Shown: positions 59,512 through 64,000 of the stretch, one piece after another
How the letters are laid out: each line of letters starts with the position of its first letter
Position numbering within the stretch: position 1 is the first letter of the stretch
Assembly: GCA_963817955.1 (NCBI GenBank)
Contig: CAWFQK010000009.1
Span: 32,001-96,000 of the forward strand
Direction: 5' to 3'
DNA length: 64,000 nucleotides
Source: an uncultured Gemmatimonadaceae bacterium
GTDB lineage: Bacteria > Gemmatimonadota > Gemmatimonadetes > Gemmatimonadales > Gemmatimonadaceae
Position numbers and translations under genes: made by a program
The notes under the pieces: generated by a model
What the model saw: only the letters and a program-made list of their open reading frames with translations
What the model was told of the DNA's origin: nothing
Database searches by the model: none

Positions 59512-62500
59512 GCCACGACTCCCGCGCCGAGTGTGACGATGACGGTGTGCGCCGCGCCGTCATCCAACAACACGATTGTGCGGTCTGCTGCCACAGCCCC
59601 GTCAACGGTAACGCCGCTGACCCCTCGGCAGACACCGTCCGGGTTGCGCACCTCGATCGCATACGTGCTGGCGCCGTAGGTATACCCGATCGTGAACTGC
59701 TGCCACGCGGCGGGAATGCACGGATCGATCTCGAGGCGATCGCCGCGCTTCGCGAAGCCAAGCATGCCTTCCAGCGCGACGCGGTAGCTCCAACTCGCCG
59801 AGCCGGTGTACCACGTCCAACCACCGCGGCCCTCCTGGCCGGCCGCCGAATATACGTCTGCCGCGACTACGTAGGGTTCGACCTTGTACCGTTCCGCGTC
59901 GGCAGGCGTGCGGGTGTGCGACAGTGGGTTGAGCATGCTCATGAGCTCACCGGCCAAATTCCCATCGCCCAGTTGTGCCATCGCCAGCACCGTCCAGAGG
60001 GCTGCGTGGGTGTACTGCGCGCCGTTTTCCCGTACGCCGGGTACGTACCCTTTGATGTACCCCGGATCACGCTCTGACCGGTTGAACGGCGGCGTCAGTA
60101 ACAGAATGATGCGCTCATCGTTACGAACCAGTCGCTGGTTGACAGCCTGCATGGCGGCACGTGCACGGACCGGATCGGCCGCGCCGGACAACACGGCCCA
60201 ACTCTGGGCAATCGCGTCGATCTGGCATTCGGGATCGGCGGATGTGCCAAGCGGCGCGCCGTCGTCGAAATAGGCGCGCCGATACCAGCCACCATCCCAG
60301 CTCGTGCGTTCCACCGCGGCCACATATGAGTTGGACTGAGCCAGGAAGCGCGCCGCGGTGTCGGCGTCGCCGCGCGCTGTAGCGTGGGCGGCAAATCGGC
60401 GGAGCGTTGTCGCGAGGAACCACGCGAGCCAGACGCTTTCCCCCTTGCCGTGCACACCGACGCGATTCAGACCGTCGTTCCAATCCCCCGACCCGATGAG
60501 CGGTAATCCATGCTCGCCGGATGTGCACGCATGATCGAGCGCCCGAACGCAATGCTCGTAGATGGTGCCGGTCTCGCCACTGTCTGTCGGCTTGTCGTAC
60601 ACCTCTTGCTCGCCGGGGGCAAGCAGTCGCATGGCGAGGTACGGCGCGCGCGCGTCCCAGAACGCGGCATCGCCGGTGATCTGCACGTAGTGATCTGCGA
60701 CGAACGGCAGCCAGGCGAGATCGTCGGAGAAACGCGTGCGGATGCCGCGACCAGACGGCTCGTGCCACCAATGTTGCACATCGCCCTCGAGGAACTGCCG
60801 CCCCGCGGCACGAATCAGATGGGCGCGCGCAAGTTCCGCGTCGGCGTAGACGAATGCCATGCAATCCTGCAACTGGTCGCGAAACCCGTACGCGCCGCTC
60901 GACTGATACAACGCCGAGCGCGCCCACATCCGGCATGAGAGCGCCTGGTACAGGGACCAGCGGTTGAACAGTGCATTGAACTCGGTATCCGGCGTCTGCA
61001 CGCGAATGACCGACAGGCGCTTGTCCCACGCCGCCGTTGCCTCCTGCATGGACCCCTCGGCCGCAGCCGGCGCTCCATGACGTCCGATCAATGCACGTGC
61101 GTCGTCGTCGCTCTGTGCGGCACCGAGCAGGACGACGACCATGCGCGTCTCGCCCGGCTCGAGTGTGATGTTGCATCGCAGCGCCGCGCACGGGTCGTGC
61201 CCGACGCCCGTGGCACCGGACAGTCGATCCTGGCGCATGCCGAGGGGCGTCGTCAGATCGCCATTGCGGCCGATGAAGTGATCGCGGCGCGCCGTGTAGC
61301 TCGTGGGCGTTTCACTGATCCATGAAAACGCCACGCGCGTCGTGAAATCGGGTGCGTAGAAGTTCTGGGCGAGGATTGCGCCCGACGCCGCATCGTGTCG
61401 CGTGTGAAGCTGATGTCGTGTGTGCTCACGTTCGGCGCCGAGCGTCAACTCGACATAACTGGTCAGCGAGAATCGCCGTGGCGTGCTGCCACCATTCGTG
61501 ATGCGCAGACGCGCGATCTTGACGGGATCGGCAAGCGGCACCGCGAGCGTCAGCTCGGTCTCGATATCGCCGCGCTCGTGGACGAACCGCGTCATTCCCG
61601 GAGCGTGTGTGACGGTGTACTCCGGCGCATTCGCTCCCATGGCGCAAGCCGGGCCGGGCGTGGGCGTCCAGACGACTCCACTGGCGAGGTCGCGCAGATA
61701 GAGTACTTCACCGCATGGGTCGGACACCGGGTCGTTGAACCAGGGCGTCAATCGGAAGAAATAGCTGTTTTCTGCCCACGTGAAACCGCCGCCACGTTCG
61801 GTGACGCAAAATCCAAACGACGGATTCGCGATGACGTTCGCCCAAGGCGCCGGTGGCACGCGGCCGCCCGCCACGCTCATCGCGAAATCGTCGGCCTCGG
61901 TCAGCGCGCCGTATCCGTTCGCGTACGTGGCCGGGACGCGCGCCGGCCGATGGGTGGCGAGCACCGTCTGCAGGACCGGCTCCATGGCAGCTACGCGCGG
62001 CTCGGGACGCGCGTGTGACGCAGCGTGGCTGAGAACGTTCGCGGCCACGATTGCACCGAGACCCACGCCGTCACACGACAAATGGATGCGCGCAGTCGTT
62101 CGCAGCAGTGCAGTGTCTTCTGGTGACAGGACGTCCGCTCGCCGAATGAACACGCCGCCAGGCTGCTCGAGCACACCGCCCTCGCTCGACGCCATCGCCA
62201 TGGTGACGAGTTGATCGTGCAATTCCTGGGCGTACGAATGCGGCTTCGCGTTCAGAATGACGAGGTCGGAACGAACGCCCTTCATGCGCCAGTAGTTGTG
62301 GGCCACCAGTAGTTGCCTGACGCTTGACAGGCCGGCCTCCGCTCTGACGGTTGCGAGGACGATCGGCCAATCGCCGGAAATCCCCTGCGCCCACAGTGCC
62401 GTCTGGCCGCGGGTGACGGCGGCCCGCTCGCTTTCCGGCGCGCGCAGCGCTTCGTGTGGGTAGATGAGGGCTCCGGCCAACTCGTGATACAAGGCGACAT

Positions 62501-64000
62501 CGGCGGGGGCGATGGCGAGATCGCGCAGTTCGATCTCCGCCTCGGTGCGCGACAGACTCAGCGCTCGCTCGGCCGCCGCGATCTCGCGATATCGATCCGC
62601 CAGTTGCAGCGCCGCCTCGCGGCTGCCGGCGACCGCTGTCGTAAAGGCCACCGCCGCCGACCGCCGAGGCTCGATGCGTATGCGAACGCGGAGCGCCACA
62701 ATCGGATCGAGAACCGCACCGACGGTACCGGACAGCGTCGCGTTCGCGTCGAGCGCGCGCGGCGCATGAATCGTTCGTCCGCGTCCCAGAAAGTGCGCGC
62801 GGTCCGTTTCATAGCTCACCTCGCCAACCCGTTCTGGTCCGGTGGCCACCACGTGCGCACACCAGGGCCGTGCCTCATCGTTCGAACGCGGCCGACGCGT
62901 CGCGAGGAGTGTCGCTCCCGGCACCCACTCCGTTTCGACGAAGAGTTTCTGAAATGCCTGATGGGCGCGGTCGGCGTCGGCGGGGCACAGGACGACCTCG
63001 CCGTAACTCGTGAGTTCGATCTCGCGCGTGACGTGCGAGCGGTTCACGAGCGTCACGCGCCGGACCTCGGCCTGTTCGCTCGCAATGACGACGATCTCGG
63101 TGTGCGTATCCACCCCGCCGTCGCGCCGCGTGAACGTGACGCGATCGGTCGCAAAGGTCGCGCGATACGACGATGGTAGCGCGCGCACTGGTTGATGCGC
63201 CACGGACCAGATGGTACGGGCGGTGAGATCCTTGACGTAGATCCACTGGCCACTGTCGTCCTGTGTCGCGTCCGCTCGCCACCGGATCACGTCCATGCCG
63301 TTCGCGCGGCTCTGTCCGGAGCCTGAGTTCGTGAGGAGCACGCTGTACCCGTTGCTTCCGAGCAGTCCCACGTGCGGCTCGGGCGTGTCGGGCGTATCGA
63401 CTTCGTGCACGAAGATCTGCATGCGCGTGGCGCCTTCCGCGCTGCGCACCGGTTCGTCCGTTTGCGACGGACGCGGCACGTAGCGGCGCGGGATGCGTTC
63501 GTCGAGCAAGAGGGCCGCGGCGCGCACCATGGCATCAGCCATGAAACGCCGCTGCCAGATTCCTTCCGTCTCCGTCTCACGCAGACTCAGAGCGTTGTCC
63601 AACGCGACGAGGCTCATACCCACGTGATGCGCCATGAAGGTACGCACGACCGCAACGCGCTGGTCAGGCCCGATGCGCGTATAATCGAGCGCGTCGTAGA
63701 AACCGTATTGACCGAGGGCACCCTGCCGCTCCAACTCGGCGAAATTGCGCAACGCCGCGTGGGCATCGACCGTGGCGGCCAGCGCCGTCGCATACGGCGC
63801 CACCACGAGTTCGCTCGCCAGGCCGCGCTTGAGCGCGAGGTCCGGAATGCCGAATGCGCGATACTGATACGTGTCGTGCCGGTCCCGGACGTTGTATGCG
63901 GATTCGGAGACGCCCCACGGAGTGCCCCGCGCGTGTCCGTAAACGATCTGGCGGTGAACCGCGGCGTGACAGGTTTGATCGAGCAGCGAGAACGGCCGCG
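59496..64000 (-). CDS. ndvB: Cyclic beta-1,2-glucan synthase (NdvB/Cgs-like), 3' part with GH94 domains; begins beyond window end
   Basis: PWGVSESAYN...YQYRAFG, FMAHHVGMS, PAPWANVIAN, YQSSGAYGFRDQLQD, GDWNDG, RENGAQYTH, GGWTWYTGSA. Confidence 0.92.
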   Translation of the reverse strand, partial: RPFSLLDQTCHAAVHRQIVYGHARGTPWGVSESAYNVRDRHDTYQYRAFGIPDLALKRGLASELVVAPYATALAATVDAHAALRNFAELERQGALGQYGFYDALDYTRIGPDQRVAVVRTFMAHHVGMSLVALDNALSLRETETEGIWQRRFMADAMVRAAALLLDERIPRRYVPRPSQTDEPVRSAEGATRMQIFVHEVDTPDTPEPHVGLLGSNGYSVLLTNSGSGQSRANGMDVIRWRADATQDDSGQWIYVKDLTARTIWSVAHQPVRALPSSYRATFATDRVTFTRRDGGVDTHTEIVVIASEQAEVRRVTLVNRSHVTREIELTSYGEVVLCPADADRAHQAFQKLFVETEWVPGATLLATRRPRSNDEARPWCAHVVATGPERVGEVSYETDRAHFLGRGRTIHAPRALDANATLSGTVGAVLDPIVALRVRIRIEPRRSAAVAFTTAVAGSREAALQLADRYREIAAAERALSLSRTEAEIELRDLAIAPADVALYHELAGALIYPHEALRAPESERAAVTRGQTALWAQGISGDWPIVLATVRAEAGLSSVRQLLVAHNYWRMKGVRSDLVILNAKPHSYAQELHDQLVTMAMASSEGGVLEQPGGVFIRRADVLSPEDTALLRTTARIHLSCDGVGLGAIVAANVLSHAASHARPEPRVAAMEPVLQTVLATHRPARVPATYANGYGALTEADDFAMSVAGGRVPPAPWANVIANPSFGFCVTERGGGFTWAENSYFFRLTPWFNDPVSDPCGEVLYLRDLASGVVWTPTPGPACAMGANAPEYTVTHAPGMTRFVHERGDIETELTLAVPLADPVKIARLRITNGGSTPRRFSLTSYVELTLGAEREHTRHQLHTRHDAASGAILAQNFYAPDFTTRVAFSWISETPTSYTARRDHFIGRNGDLTTPLGMRQDRLSGATGVGHDPCAALRCNITLEPGETRMVVVLLGAAQSDDDARALIGRHGAPAAAEGSMQEATAAWDKRLSVIRVQTPDTEFNALFNRWSLYQALSCRMWARSALYQSSGAYGFRDQLQDCMAFVYADAELARAHLIRAAGRQFLEGDVQHWWHEPSGRGIRTRFSDDLAWLPFVADHYVQITGDAAFWDARAPYLAMRLLAPGEQEVYDKPTDSGETGTIYEHCVRALDHACTSGEHGLPLIGSGDWNDGLNRVGVHGKGESVWLAWFLATTLRRFAAHATARGDADTAARFLAQSNSYVAAVERTSWDGGWYRRAYFDDGAPLGTSADPECQIDAIAQSWAVLSGAADPVRARAAMQAVNQRLVRNDERIILLLTPPFNRSERDPGYIKGYVPGVRENGAQYTHAALWTVLAMAQLGDGNLAGELMSMLNPLSHTRTPADAERYKVEPYVVAADVYSAAGQEGRGGWTWYTGSASWSYRVALEGMLGFAKRGDRLEIDPCIPAAWQQFTIGYTYGASTYAIEVRNPDGVCRGVSGVTVDGAVAADRTIVLLDDGAAHTVIVTLGAGVVAQPGL

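Overview
GC-rich bacterial window; the gene content suggests Gemmatimonadota, but that is inference. Order: 5' part of trpS under a Trp-codon leader-peptide attenuator; an IS701-type remnant between two inverted copies of a heptamer-plus-hairpin repeat; an XRE regulator, SNF2 helicase and SWIM protein; a Rid-like / DUF1549-DUF1553 / DUF1501 / PPC operon; a double-Rieske Ig-repeat lipoprotein next to a four-His membrane protein. A ~24 kb anaerobic aromatic catabolism cluster follows (bcrCBAD, hcr-like Mo enzyme, TetR, thiolase, oah, SDR, dch, had, hemerythrin, divergent HAD/ECH). Inside it sits an extra five-gene module: a PanE-like reductase fused to a Cys-less dehydratase subunit, a second dehydratase subunit, two activases and a CoA ligase. 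This module is the best candidate for an undescribed system, possibly an aryl-pyruvate to cinnamoyl-CoA to benzoyl-CoA funnel. The remainder holds csp, a PPi-type pfk, an ACT-less pheA plus aminotransferase under a Phe leader attenuator, a TonB receptor, two HTH-PTS EIIA regulators heading a Ni-less hydrogenase-4-like (Ehr) complex, and the 3' part of a cyclic beta-1,2-glucan synthase. The ~25.9-39.3 kb stretch has many single-base frameshifts, probably sequencing errors, so gene boundaries there are approximate. All calls come from motif reading; no searches were run.
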